Shown: positions 39,701 to 53,062 of the stretch, one piece after another
How the letters are laid out: the number at the start of each line of letters is the position of its first letter
Numbering within the stretch: position 1 is the stretch's first letter
Origin: Eledone cirrhosa
Lineage: Eukaryota
Length of the DNA: 64,000 bases
Assembly: GCA_964016885.1 (NCBI GenBank)
Contig: OZ024742.1
Coordinates: 297,972,001 to 298,036,000 of the forward strand
Reading direction: 5' to 3'
Position numbers and translations under genes: made by a program
Notes under the pieces: model-generated
Database searches by the model: none
Told to the model about the DNA's origin: nothing
Seen by the model: the letters and a program-made list of their open reading frames with translations, nothing else

Positions 39701-42384
39701 ATGCAATGTTTACATTATTATGGAACATCAAAACAAAGACAATGGAAGTGTTTAGTGTAAATTCTTGTTATGTGAGATGACAGAAGAACACTGTTGTGTG
39801 TGAATGAGTCAGCAGGTATTTTGGGAAGTTACAAGTAGGTGTTTTTCTATCTGTTAACAAATAGCCATAGGATAATATGATATATAGGCTTGTTTTATGA
39901 AATGGAAGTTTCACTCATGACTTACCAGTTAAAGTGCTCAACTCTGGTTTGTAAAGTCAGGATTTCAATTCCCAGTAATGCATTGTATCCTTGGGCAAGA
40001 CACTTAATTCATATTGCTCCAGTCCATTTAGAGGGATGGGATAAGTTGTGCTTGTTGTAATTTAGAGGCCCAATCTTGTCACACACTGTGCCACACTGAA
40101 TCTCCCTGAGAATGATGTTAAGGGTATATGTGTCTGAGAATGTTAGGCAATTGGTGTATTAATTTCATGAGGAGGCTATTCCATTGATCAAAATACTAGA
40201 TCACTCATCAAAAACTGACATATATCTCCAACAGCCTAAACAGAGGTACTGACTTTCTCACAAGAGGTTTCCTTAGTTTCTGTCTAATAAATTCACTTAT
40301 AAGACATTGGTTGGCCCCAGGGCTATAATATAAGACCCTTGTCCAAGATGCAACACAGTAGAACTGAACCCAAAACAACATGGTTCTAAAGTAAGAAGCT
40401 TCTTAACTCCAGTTATGATAATTATAATTCATAGATAAATTGGCTTCAAAATAAGCCATTGATAACAACAATAACATCTATTCTACCTTAAATATCAAAA
40501 GATGATAGGAAACAACATTGTCACCTAACTCATTTATTTCAAACAGCAAATAAAAGAACAGCAAATAAAAGAAGAAAATTTATTATTTCTAGATGTGTTA
40601 CAATAATAATACCTATATTCTCTAATGAAGATAATTGAAACAATTAATTAATAATATTGATTTAACCATTTCGATCCCAAACCGACTGAAATTGCTCTTG
40701 ATTTTACAATTCAGAACTGTTTGCTTTAAAAGGTATATATTTATCTAAAACCCTTCCATCATAAGTTTATCTAAGCACCTTTTTTAAGTTATGTTCCAAA
40801 CACCAGATGAATAATAATAAAGTTAGTCATATTACTAAATTCGTCCATATTCGTGATTATTTTCAAAATTATTTGAAAATTATAGGTTGTATCTTTCATT
40901 AGAAATATAGTTTAGAAGGGCTTAATTTTAGTTGGTACAAAGCAAAGTTTTGATGTGAAGTATGTATATCAACATCATCACCATCATCATTGTTTAACAT
41001 TCAGTTTCTCTGCTAACAAGTGCTGGACATGTCACAGACCAGTCAGTACTCAAATGGAGCCCTTGACCTCCATATGGGTCAGAGACCTGACACACAATCC
41101 CTTGCTCTATGAAGTGCATTTTATCATGGCACCAAAATGAAGGCATTGCCATGTCTCTGGCATAGTTGAAGAGCCTTTCCAACCCTTTATTTGGCAGGTT
41201 TTCTATGGCTGCTTGCCCTTCTTATCACCAACCTCTTTACAGAGTATACTGGATCTATTTATTATGTAAATCACCAACACTAGAAAGGTTGACATGTCTA
41301 TGGCACAACTGAAGAGTCCTCTTATTCTTTTTTTTGACAGGTTTTCTATGTTTAGATGCTCTTCCTATGACCAACCAATTTACAGAGTGTACTTGATATG
41401 TTTATGATGTAATTCACTAACACTAGAGAGGTTGTCATGCCCCTGACATACTAAGAGCTCTCCCGACACTTTTGGCATGCTTTCTGCAGCAGGGTAACGT
41501 TTCTATCTCTAGACACCTTACAAGGTGTACTGGGTGCATTTATTGTGGTTCTGTCACTAGAGAGGTTGTCATCATTGACTCAATTGAAGAGCCCTCTTTA
41601 ACATAAGGGCGGACTTAGCCGGTTGCCAAGTGTGGAAAATTTGACAGCATGACATGTGGTGAATATGATGGTGAGGAGGGGAACATCCAGCAATGTTGGA
41701 TGTACTGTGGTGATAACAGCTACTAGATGGCTATGGCTAGTGTGTTAGGGTGCATTTTATCATGGCACCAACATTCTAGTGGAATCCCTTTCCATTCTAA
41801 TTCTGCACATTCCATTTTCTCTCAATGATCCACCAAAAGTACGTAAATAAATATTCATAAGAACATGCTATATAGGTATAAATATTCAGAAGATATAGAG
41901 AAGGTATGAAAAAAAATAGTTTCAACAGGATTTGAACTTAAATGCTTTACATTATTTAATTGCATCCTTCTCAATTCTAATTCTGCATTCTTCTGTTTCT
42001 ACCTGTCAACACCAAAAACAGGTAAGTAAATAAATAAATAAATAAGTAAATAAATAAATAAATATTTATAAAGGTATTCTATAAAGCTATAAATCCATGG
42101 AGGCAAGAGAAGAAATGAAAATCTATTTGAATTGGTTCTACCTTTGAAAAGAATCCTTAGAAAGCCCATTAAAATTGCTACAATTGTATATAGAGAAATA
42201 GATTGTAAACGGAGCTACAAGAAAAATCTCCTGCTGCTACTGAGCAGCCATATAATTTCTTATGTATTTCTATACTGTAACCTTAAAGCAAGTAGAGTTA
42301 AGGGTCTTGCTTATTTATTCACACAGCAAGGAATGCCTGGATCACTTACTTTACATTCATGACCTGGGATGATGACAAAGATAA

Positions 42385-42489
42385 TGGTGTTGGTAGTAGT
42401 AGTAGTATTTGTATTAGTAGTAGTAGTGGTGGTAGGGATGGTAGTAGTAGTAGTAGTAGTGATAGCAGTAGTAGTAGTGTTAGAAGTGT

Positions 42490-42526
<37 letters not shown>

Positions 42527-42605
42527 AGCAGCAGCAGCAGCTGCAGTAGTAGTAGTGGCAGAAGCTGCAACATTAGTAGTAGCAGCAGCAACAACAGTAG
42601 TTATA
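42385..42605. repeat. (AGT)n/(AGC)n microsatellite
   Basis: Direct inspection; produces spurious poly-S/V/L ORFs. Confidence 0.9.
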
Positions 42606-42969
42606 ATAGAATATAAACAGTGTCATATATTACTGATAGACATCATACCTAGTGCTAGCAGTAATAGTAGCTACACCACTTTTATATTATAGAAACATAC
42701 AGAAACATGAAGCCATGAAAGAAATCTAAATCTCTATCTCCTTTAATATTCTTTTATTTTTAATTTAAATTAATACCTGAGGGGTGGGTATATATTAGAG
42801 TATAGCGTTAATATCAATCTTAATAAAATTGATTAATGGGAAAACAGTTGAAATTGTCTCAAAATTCTCGATGAGATTAATTCATGAAGAGTTACTTCCC
42901 TTTAATAGCTTATTTAATTACACTCGGTATATTTCTTTCCGTCAGGTTGTTGAACTTAGGCAAGTAAGT

Positions 42970-43230
42970 GTTCTAGTTGTTTATTAAATGGAACAGTCTG
43001 ATTATGAAATTAACGTGCAAGTCACTGAGCACTCCACAAACAAATGTACCTTTAATGCTATTTCCAAGGAGATTACTTGTGTGTGACATGACTGGCTATT
43101 TGATTTACAGTGGACTGGAACAATGTGAAATAAAGTGTCTTGCACAAAGATACAATGCCCATTCCAGGAATTGAATCCGTTATAATATGATTGTGAGTCC
43201 AACACCCTAAACACAGGACCACGTGTCATC
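42970..43230 (-). mobile_element. Older CORE-like SINE with a different tail (also about 18970-19150 and 39920-40220)
   Basis: Shares the caatgtgaaataaagtgtcttg body with SINE2 but has a distinct 3' part. Confidence 0.55.
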
Positions 43231-43450
43231 ACTACTAACTAGCTATGAAATAAAGCAAGTAACATATTGGCAGAAATTGATATAGGAAGACGAGTCATTC
43301 ACCTGAATCAGTAAAACAATGTCATTGCTATACACACACACATATATGATTATTATTATTGCTCTTTGAGTCTCAGCATTGATGTTATTTAACTGGAAAG
43401 TTTATTGGAATGAATATCAAGCCGCTACCTGCAGCCGCAGATATTTAGGA

Positions 43451-43505
<55 letters not shown>

Positions 43506-43689
43506 AGGGCGGTGAATTGGCAGTATCGGTAGAGGGTTGGACGCCATGCTTTCTAGCATAGTTACGTCCCTTTACGGTCTGAGTTCAAATCCCGCCGAGG
43601 TTAACTTTGCTTTCATCCTTACGGGGTCGATAAAATAAAGTACCAGTAATGCACTGGGTAATTGCTGGCCTTGTGCCAAAAGTAGAAAC

Positions 43690-44468
43690 AATTATTATTA
43701 TTATTATTATTCTTTGAGTCTCAGTCATTGATGTTATTTAACTGGAAAGTTTGTTGAAATGAACATCAAGCCGCTACCTGCAGCCTCAGACATTCAGGAT
43801 GTATCAGAGGGTTCTTGCTGTTCCCAGCAAGCATGCCTTTTGAAGTGTTCTAAAAACCGGGGCTGGACTAATCTTCTGTAACCAGCCTTGGAAACTCTTT
43901 GAGATAGTGCCTAGTGCGCCTATGACAATCGGGACTACTTTGACTTCATGGCAGTTCCAAATCCTTTTTAACTCCCACTTTAAGTCCTGGTATCAGTTAA
44001 TTTTCTCCCTCTCCTTTTCTTGCACTCTTGTGTCAAATGGGCAGGCTACATCTACAATCAGGCACTATCTTTTTTCCTTGTCCAAAACTACCAGGTCAGG
44101 TCTATTGTATTCTAATTTCTTGTCCATCTGTATCCTTAAATCCAATAGCACCTTCACCTGATCGTTTTCTATCACCGACTCTGGCTTATGCTCATACCAC
44201 TTCTCAGAATGTGGTAAATTGTTTACTTTGCATAGATGCCAGTGGATCACCCTGCCTATCACATCATGTCTCCAGCCTTCATTGTGAGTCTGGGCTAGGT
44301 GTTTACACTCGGATACAATGTGAGCCATAGATCCTACACAGTGAGCTAGCCTCCTCCTTGTCAATATGGTGTTTCACCCACTTCATTCTGAGGGCTTGCT
44401 CTTGCGCAGCCATTAGCATTCCTTCTGTAGCTTTTTAAGGTCTCCTCTTTTTAACCAGTTCCATGTCT
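43690..44468 (-). mobile_element. 5'-truncated R4/Dong-like copy
   Basis: AHIVSEC...WYEHKP...RPDLVVLD; same 3' end as the 44487 copy; (TAA)n flanks. Confidence 0.9.
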
Positions 44469-44486
44469 AATATTATTATTATTATT

Positions 44487-47400
44487 ATTGTTCTTTGAGT
44501 CTCAGTCATTGATGTTATTTAACTGGAAAGTTTGTTGAAATGAATATCAAGCCGCTACCTGCAGCCTCAGATATTCAGGACGTATCAGAGGGTTCTTGCT
44601 GTTCCCAGCAAGCATGCCTTTTGAAGTGTTCCAAAAAGCGGGGCGGGACCAACTTTCTTTAACCATCTTTGGAAACTCTTTGAGATAGTACCTAGTGCGC
44701 CTATGACAATCGGGACCACTTTGACCTCATGGCAGTTCCAAATCCTTTTTACCTCCCACTTTAAGTCCTGGTATCGGTTAATTTTCTCCCTCTCCTTCTC
44801 TTGCACTCTTGTGTCAAATGGGTAGGCTACATCCACAATCAGGCACGATCTTTTTTCCTTGTCGAAAACCACCAGGTCAGGTCTATTGTGTTCCAGTTTC
44901 TTGTCCGTCTGTATCCTAAAATCCCACAGCACCTTCACCTGATCGTTTTCTATCACCGCCTCTGGCTTATGCTCATACCACTTCTCAGAATGTGGTAAAT
45001 TGTTTACTTTGCATAGGTGCCAGTGGATCACCCTGCCTATCACATCATGTCTCCAGCCTTTATTGTGAGTCTGGGCTAGGTGTTTACACTCGGATACAAT
45101 GTGAGCCACAGTCTCCTCTCTCTCTCTCCACAGATCCTACACAGTGGGCTAGCCTCCTTGTAAATATGGTGTTTCAGCCACTTCGTTTTGAGGGCCTGCT
45201 CTTGCGCAGCCATTAGCATTCTTTCTGTAGCCTTTTTAAGGTCTCCTCTTTTCAACCAGTTCCATGTCTGTGGATCTCTGAATTCTGTTTTCTCAAAGAA
45301 GGTACTATGAACGGATTTTTCATGAAGGTTGCTCTTTCTCCTTGTTGTTATTTCCTCCTTGGACATCCCCTGGTCTATTGTCCTCTCTCCTTCAGTACAA
45401 TTCTGAGCATTGGCTCCCTACTATCAGTCACGTATTTGTGTAGGTTGTTTTTCTCCATCTGAACACAGTCCTCTATGCTGATAAGACCTCTTCCACCTTC
45501 AGATCTCCTTAAGTAGAGTCTATCGACATCACTCCTCTTGTGGAACATTTTGTAGATAGTCAATAGCTTCCTAGTCTTCCTAGCCATTTCTTTTTGTTCA
45601 GCAACATTCCATCTCAGAATTCCCGCACTGTACCTAATAATAGACACAGCTCGGGAATTTACTGCATTTATGGAATTCCTACTGTTCAGATGTGACTTTA
45701 ATACGCTCCTTACTCTCAAACCAGTGTGTCTCTTCTTGCAATTCCTCATTACCATCTTATCAATAAGTAACTGGTCCTTTGTACCACGGGACTTCTTTCG
45801 GCATCCTTTCTGTTTGTCCGGTAACAAGTTGTTTATGTGGAGATGATGGTAGATTTCCTCAGACACAATGCTTGTTAACAGTTTCCACATTACGGACAGA
45901 CATGTGATAGGTCTATAGTTGGTAACATCATTACCCTTGATTCGGTCTTTCATTACCAGAACTGTGGTACCTTTTGTCAACCACTCTGGTACCTACCCTG
46001 ACATCAAGCAGTCATTGAACATGGTTGTCAGTTTCGGGTGGAGGGTTGTTATATTTTTAATCCAATACCCCTGCACACCATCTGGGCCTGGTAATTTCCA
46101 GTTGGTTAGTTTTTTGGCCTGCCCCTTAAGAGTTTCAACTGTGATACTCAAATCAGTTTGTTGGTGTGCCTGTTCACTAATCTCCTTTTGTACTGTCTCA
46201 ATCCACACTGCCTAGTCATGATGTTTAACATCCTGCTCCCATATTCCTCTCCAGAATGTCTTAGTTTGTTCCACCTCAGGTATCAAGTCGTTGCCTCTTT
46301 CTTTCCCTTCAAGCTGTCCAAACAGCATCTTCTGGTTGTTGTCAAACATGCGGTTCTGTCTATACTGACTGACTCTGCTCTCGTATCGCCTAATTTTTGC
46401 ACTCTTTGCTACAATGTGTTGCTTCAGTTCTTCTATGATAATATTTAGCTTTTTCCTCCTAGTTTTGTACTTTATTTCCAGTCTATTTTTAGTGTCTATG
46501 TTTTTTAGTGTCCCATTCAGTAGGGACTCAAGCTTTACAATATCATTTCTCATTTCCCTGATTTGACCATTCAGTCGTTTCTTCCACCAAGGTTCTGATC
46601 TTTCTGGTTTGTTGTTTCCTCTCGCTTTTATGCCAAGTAATTTCCTCACCGCATTTGCTGTTGCTTTGAGGATATTGTTGCACTGGTGAAGGCTCCTCGC
46701 CTCAAGGTATGGGATGACTTTGTTTACCTTAGCTGTTGTTTCTTTTAACTTTTTCCTGTCTACAAATCTTAGGTTCATAGATTTCCCACTATCATTGTTC
46801 ATTTCATCTACCACTAAGTTTAGGATATCATCAACCAAATCTTGTCCTAGCCCATCAGCATTCATTTCCTCAATGGCCGTATCTTTGTTCCAGGCATTAT
46901 TTATTTCAGCATTCAGATCATTGTCTGCTTCGGATGGTTCCTCCGTTCTCTCAACCTCTTCACCTTCATTTCCCACTGGCTTGTTTGCCTGGCATACTCC
47001 ACTCTCCATTTCCAACCTAATCTCTCTGCTCAGTTCCTCCAGTTCCAGCTCGCTTATCCACCCATTAGTTCTTATTACCCGAGCCTGTCCGGCCAATTTT
47101 TGTTCATCTAATTTAAATAGACAAATCTCGTTCCAGATGTTATGCATCCGTTTCCTATAGCCTTTTTCCTTGGGGTTACTCTTCAGGTAACATTGCATAA
47201 CAGTTCTATTCAATTCTTTCGTCCAGTTGGTTCTGGTCCCTTTCCTTCTTCCTCTTCCCCCAACACCAGCAGTATTTGGATGACAGCCAGGTCCCTGCTG
47301 CTGGGCCAGGGAGCACCTGCTGGGTGAGAGTTTGTCACATGAAATTCCAGTCTCCACTTCACCGTTATTCGAACTGTTTAGGTTCGACATTTAAGCACTC

Positions 47401-47495
47401 ATATCTAGGATTGGTGAATGTATGGTTACATAACTACCGGTGATTTCATCACCCCCATCATGCTGTAGACGAACATAAATAAACAAACAAACAAT
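44487..47495 (-). mobile_element. Near full-length R4-clade (Dong-like) non-LTR retrotransposon, disrupted, with RT core deleted
   Basis: ORF pieces from 47390 to 44585: [44 protein letters not shown] (CRICG...HIVSEC), RLE motif RPDLVV...D; (TAA)n at both ends. Confidence 0.92.
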
Positions 47496-47496
47496 G

Positions 47497-47540
<44 letters not shown>

Positions 47541-48924
47541 GTCAGGGAGGGAAGAGAAGTGTCTATGTCTCTTTTCAGGGGCCTCTGACAGTGGAGGTGG
47601 GAATGAAAAGAAAGGAGGAAGCTATCCTGAAACTGTAGACCGTGCTTGAATGCTTACAACCCAAAATCTAGATGGTGGTGTTTAACCAGTCAACAGATTA
47701 AGTCTACTACCCAAGTAGGCTTGTTTAATCAGTGTAAGAAGGACAATACTCCTAAACCTTTTCAGTGCCTCTGAAACTGAAGACAGTATTTTCAAAGTGG
47801 AGCCTTGGCTCAAATGCTTGTTACAGATTGGATTCCACTAAAGGAACCAAAGGGTCAAGTGGTAGTGGTAAACTGAACAACAGACTTAGAATACAAAGAA
47901 TTGAAACAAATATCACAAGGCATCTTACCCTAACATCTTTTGACCAGTACTTTATTGATCCTGGTACATTATTTTATTGACCATTGGTGAAGTTGAACTT
48001 GGTGTGAATTGACCTCAGAATACAGAGAGATGGAATAAATATCACAAATCCTACACTTTAATAACTCTGCCAATCCACTTCCTAAAGTTGACATTGATAA
48101 GATTTGAAATCAGAAACAATGGATTACTAAACATTTTAATGTTTGTTAGTATACATAAAATAAAACTAAAGAGAAAGAAAATTATAAGAAAATTTTTTTT
48201 ATTTTTGTTTGAAAGAGGAAATATATTCTGCATCTACTCCTTTGATGTCCTCTCTGGAGTTCAATAGAGAGATGAGCTATGGAAGATATTAGCATCACTA
48301 ATAATGATTTTGAAGATGTATAGAAATTATCAGTCAATAAGGATCCTTTGTGAGGAAGATTTCTAGATTATATCGGGGGGGGGGGGGGGGGATATGAAGA
48401 TTTTTGTGAAGAAACTAGAAAGGTAATTACTTAAGGTAATCAATATATAGATGTTATGAGATTGATTTTGTTATCTGTCTAATTGTTGATGTAATCTCTG
48501 CAATTACTGTAACAATCCTCTATGGGGTACCAAGCTTTATTCAAAAGACTTCTAACATTCATAACTTCACATAGATTGTTTTTTTTAATTTACATTGCTA
48601 ATTAGGAACAGAGTGAGAAGAGAGTAAAAGATGAAAATGTAAAGAAAATAGCATTAATCATCAGCTACCTCTCATATTTTCTTACATCTTTTATTTTAAA
48701 TAAGTCAATATCTGTTTTTAGGAAACACTATAGATATATTTAGCTGTAATGACTCTCATTGTCATTGGTGAGATAGACAACAAAACACGTTTATGAGAAA
48801 TAAAGAATGCTTTAATATTACATAAAGTGTATTGAATTGAAGTATAGAGAAAAAACTGAAGTATCATAATTAGCGTAACAAAACTAGACAAGGTAATTGA
48901 ATAGTAATTCAAGTTAAAAGCTAC

Positions 48925-49265
48925 TGTCTGTATCAGGGCTAGAGGCTCATCTGGCTGGAGCTTATCTTGGTTTCATGTGGTGTTAACCTGCGATGGACTG
49001 GTGTCCAGTCCAGGGGGGAGTTTTGTACTCTTGGTGGTTTAACACCATGGAAACCGGGATGAGCTTCCGGCCTCAGAACAGATTTTAAACAAAGTACAAG
49101 ACTCACTCCTGGATGGGATGCAAGTCTGTTATAAGGTTACCTCCAAGCTAAAGCTCCTCCATATTTTCAGCTTTGTGAACTAGAGCAACATGAAATAAAG
49201 TGCTTGCTCAAAAACATGTGCCCCCAGGTCTATGAATCAAACCTAACACCCAAACCTCTAGAATA
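48925..49265. mobile_element. Nested decayed CORE-type SINE fragments
   Basis: aacctgcgatggactgg...ggaaaccgggatgagcttccggcc tail on +, inside an oppositely oriented related fragment. Confidence 0.5.
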
Positions 49266-49834
49266 CATGTGACTTGACAGTAGGAAAGTATGAAAACGGT
49301 TAAAATCATAATGCTACCAGGTCTGATGCCATAACAACAAATATTTTGGAGCATGGTTAGTTACTAAAACAATTAAATTAAAGGTGTTATCTCTTATAAG
49401 AAGGTAATGTCTATTACCACAGCCTAACCACCCAAGAATCAACTGTTAAATGACTCCCCACCATTTCTTAACTCCTCATCACCATCCCCTTGATAATGAT
49501 AAGATATTTTATGTTCTTTGTTATTGTCCAGAGGAATGTTTGTTAAATTTTGTTAATTTCTGGAAAAGGTCATCTGTGGAAAATGTGAGTAAATGTGGAA
49601 ATTCAGCAGACTTCTTGAGTATGGCTGCTATGACAAAATGTACCCAGTAAATTCTGTAAAGTGATTACGAAAAGTGGATTCAAAATGTGGATAATAATGA
49701 TTAAGATTTTGATGATAATGCTAAGGATTTCATCCTTCCGAAGGCATTGACCACAAGAAGCTAAATGTCTTGTGCAGGCTGATAAAAAGATTTATGCCTC
49801 TTGTTAGATGATAATCAGCCTAACTATAATAGCT

Positions 49835-50620
49835 CATCATCACCATTTTACGTCCGTTCTTCCACGCTAGTATGGGTTAGATGGGTTGTCCTGTTGTGGG
49901 CAGTGTCTGGTCTGCTGACCATGCCTTGCTCATACAGGAACTGATTTGGCTTGATTTCTACAGCTGGATGCCCTTCCTAACACCAACCTCATTTACAGTG
50001 AGTGCTGGGTGCTTTTTCGTGGCGCCTACACATCCACTTTACAGTGTGGGCTGGGTGCTTTTTTGCCGTGGCACCTCCACGACCACCTTGCAGTGGGAGG
50101 GAGTGGGGGCATATTGTCTATATGCTTCAGCTTGTACCCATGGGAGGTCGGGTGGTCTGTATTACTGTGTGACGCCAGAGGTCACGGTCATGTGTCATCG
50201 CCTTGGAGAGGTGTAATTGGGTAAGGTCGGCTTTTATCACCTCATCCCAGGTCATCTTGGGTCTCCCCACTCCGCGGTTTCCATCGACTTCTAGTGCTCT
50301 GCACCTTTTTATGCAGCTGTCATCCTTCATACACATCACATGTCCATACCAACGCAACTGCCTCTCCTGCACACAGCATTTGATTCCTCTTATGCTGAGT
50401 CTCTCTCTCAATTCATTTATGCTTTGTCGTTCGCGTATATTACTATTACACATCCATTGGAGCATGCAGGCTTCGTTTCTCTCTAATCTACGTAAGTCTT
50501 CCACCTTCAGTGCCCAGGTCTCACTACCATGTAACATTGCTGTTCGGATACATGCATCATACAGTCTGCCTTTCATTTTGAGGGAGAAGCCTTTTGTAGC
50601 TAGCAGTGGCAGTAGTTCCT
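49835..50620 (-). mobile_element. 5'-truncated RTE LINE, second subfamily
   Basis: ORF 50127-50576: KGRLYDACIRTAMLHGSETW...RQLRWYGHV...GRPKMTW. Confidence 0.9.
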
Positions 50621-50845
50621 AGCTGATAGAATTACAACTATGAGTACTAAACATGTCAGCCGTCATATCAAACATTTCAAATATTTTATTGTATAAACAA
50701 GTATAAAGGGCAATGTCCATAATCCTTTTCAAAGCCTTTGAGGCTTGAGGGGGAGAGGAAGTAGGAGGGCAGTATCCTTAAAGTATCCAGAAACTTGGAA
50801 CAAATACTTGTACTTGAGTCAAATCCACTGAAGGTACTCAAGGGC

Positions 50846-51185
50846 CATCATCATCATCATTTTACGTCCGCTTTTCCCTGCTTGCAAGGGTGGGACGGGA
50901 ACTGATTCTGGCTTGATTTCTACAGCTGGATGCCCTTCCTAACACCAACCTCATTTACAGTGAGTGCTGGGTGCTTTTTTTCCGTGGCACCTCCACGACC
51001 ACTTTGCAGTGGAATGATATGGACCCCAGTCCCTATCATCTCATTTCTACAGCTGAGTAAACTGGAGCAATGTGAAATGAAGTGTCTTGCTCAAGGAAAA
51101 AACACATCACCCGGTCTGAGAATTGAACTCACAACCTTTCGATTGCAAGCCCAATGCTCTAACCACTAAGCCATGTGCCGCCATG
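50846..51185 (-). mobile_element. SINE family 2
   Basis: Reverse complement of 33596-33930. Confidence 0.9.
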
Positions 51186-52447
51186 TGCTAGTATTAAATG
51201 TCCAATTAAAGATGTCTCAGTATTAGTTCTGGTTTACTGCAGTATATGTTCAAATTCCACCTGAAAAACATTGGCTGTATAGGAGATGGAGAGGAATAGG
51301 CTCTGCCAAGTTTAAAATGCTCAAATAATGCTGTGTATCAGGATGGCACCCCTACAGCTCCATCATGAGTTAAGAGCCTATTACCTTTAAATATAAGTCT
51401 ACCATCCTAGTCCATCATGATGGAATTTGAATTTAAATCACAAAGAGGTGGAACAAATACCACAAGGCAATTCGCCCAATGATTTAATGATCGTAAACTC
51501 ACTGCCCTAGACAGATGCCTTATTTACTGACTCAAGAAGGATAATCGGCAAAGATTGACCTTAGCAGGATTTAAACTCAGAACAAAAGAAGCTGGAATAT
51601 GTACTATATAGTATTTAATCCTATAATCTAGCACATCTGCCAATAAAAAAAGTGGTTCACAAGGACTGGATATATATTGCAATTACTACAGTGTAATTTT
51701 GTGGTGGTTTGTATGTTTCTCCTAACAGAGACTATTAGTTTAGGAGATACATCTGACTTGTCTGTCCCCTTCTCCATAGCCTGTATTGCATCAGAAATGT
51801 TTCATAACAGCCCTTTACATAAGATGCTGTCTCATGAAGTCATGTTGGTGAATACAGGATAACAGCATTATGTAATGAATGCCACAGAAATATGTATTAC
51901 AACTGATTATGAATAAAAGGATTTTTTTATATCTACATCTAGACTTCGGAATTATCACTACTGTATGTATACTCCATCATGAACTACTAAATTATAATTG
52001 GAAGGATACACATAGCATCGAGTACTTGATTCTAATTGCATTGTCATTTACTGATTGGTATGTTGCATACACAAACCTGGTTAGTCAACACCTTGATGAT
52101 TCCACACTGTAAAGTGGTCATGTAGGTTCCACAACAGAAAGCGCCCAGTCCACACTGTAAATGTGGTTGGCATTAGGAAGGGCATCCAGCCATAGAAATC
52201 AAGCCAAAATCAGTTCTGTGTGAGTGAAATACGGTCCTCCGATCTGATTTCTCACAAAGGGACAGCCCATCCTACCCAAGCTAGCATGGAAAATGGACAT
52301 TAAACAGTGATGATGATGATGATGGTGATGATGATTATATATATATATATATATAGTAATAATAATAAATGTGAAGACTAAAATCAGAAGAGGGTTCGAC
52401 AAGGATAATATATATATAAAAATATATAAAACCATAGAGCAAATATT

Positions 52448-52574
52448 TATTAAAATAACAGATTAAAGTTTAAGCAAAGATTCGCTACTTTCACCCTTAA
52501 CAAGATCTTCTGAAGATCCCGTTAAGAGTGAAAGCAGCGATTCTTTGCTTAAAATTTAATCTGTTATTTTAATA
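52448..52574. repeat. Palindrome centred on a hammerhead-like core
   Basis: About 63-bp arms around T52511; the plus strand reads CTGAAGA(52510-16)-tcccgttaagagt-GAAA(52530-33). Confidence 0.7.
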
Positions 52575-52591
52575 TATATATATATATATAT

Positions 52592-52925
52592 GGAGGCACA
52601 TGGCTTAGTGGTTAGAGCATTGGCCTTGCAATCGAAAGGTTGTGAGTTCAATTCTCAGACCGGGTGATGTGGTGTTTCCTTGAGCAAGACACTTTATTTC
52701 ACATTGCTCCAGTTTACTCAGCTGTAGAAATGAGATGATAGGGACTGGGGTCACTATCATTCCACTGCAAAGTGGTCATGGAGGTGCCACGGCAAAAAAC
52801 CACCCAGCACTCACTGTAAATGAGGTTGGTGTTAGGAAGGGCATCCAGCTGTAGAAATCAAGCCAGAATCAGTTCCCGTCCCACCCTTGCAAGCAGGGAA
52901 AAGCGGACGTAAAATGATGATGATG
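52592..52925 (+). mobile_element. SINE family 2
   Basis: Near-identical to 33596-33930. Confidence 0.9.
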
Positions 52926-53062
52926 ATATATATATATAACAGAAGACTCGACTTCCAATATGAACAGGCAGAAATGCAAGCAAAGAGAGAGGTAGATAGA
53001 CCCAATCCTTCTGTCCATGTTCCCCATTTTAATAATTTTATGCATGATTCTTTGTTAATTTA

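Noticed and set aside
39283-39731. Long His/Thr- and Cys/Val-rich ORFs
   Set aside because: Translations of the (TG)n microsatellite; the same applies to the poly-S/V/L ORFs at 42346-42692 and the many YIYI ORFs.
47391-47496. HDV-like ribozyme in the 5' UTR of the Dong-like element
   Set aside because: Only a small hairpin (ggtgat-gaa-atcacc) is visible; I could not build the nested double pseudoknot.
49531-49585. Plus-strand candidate exon (EECLLNFVNFWKRSSVEN)
   Set aside because: Isolated, with no partner exons found; it shows how easily such signals arise by chance.
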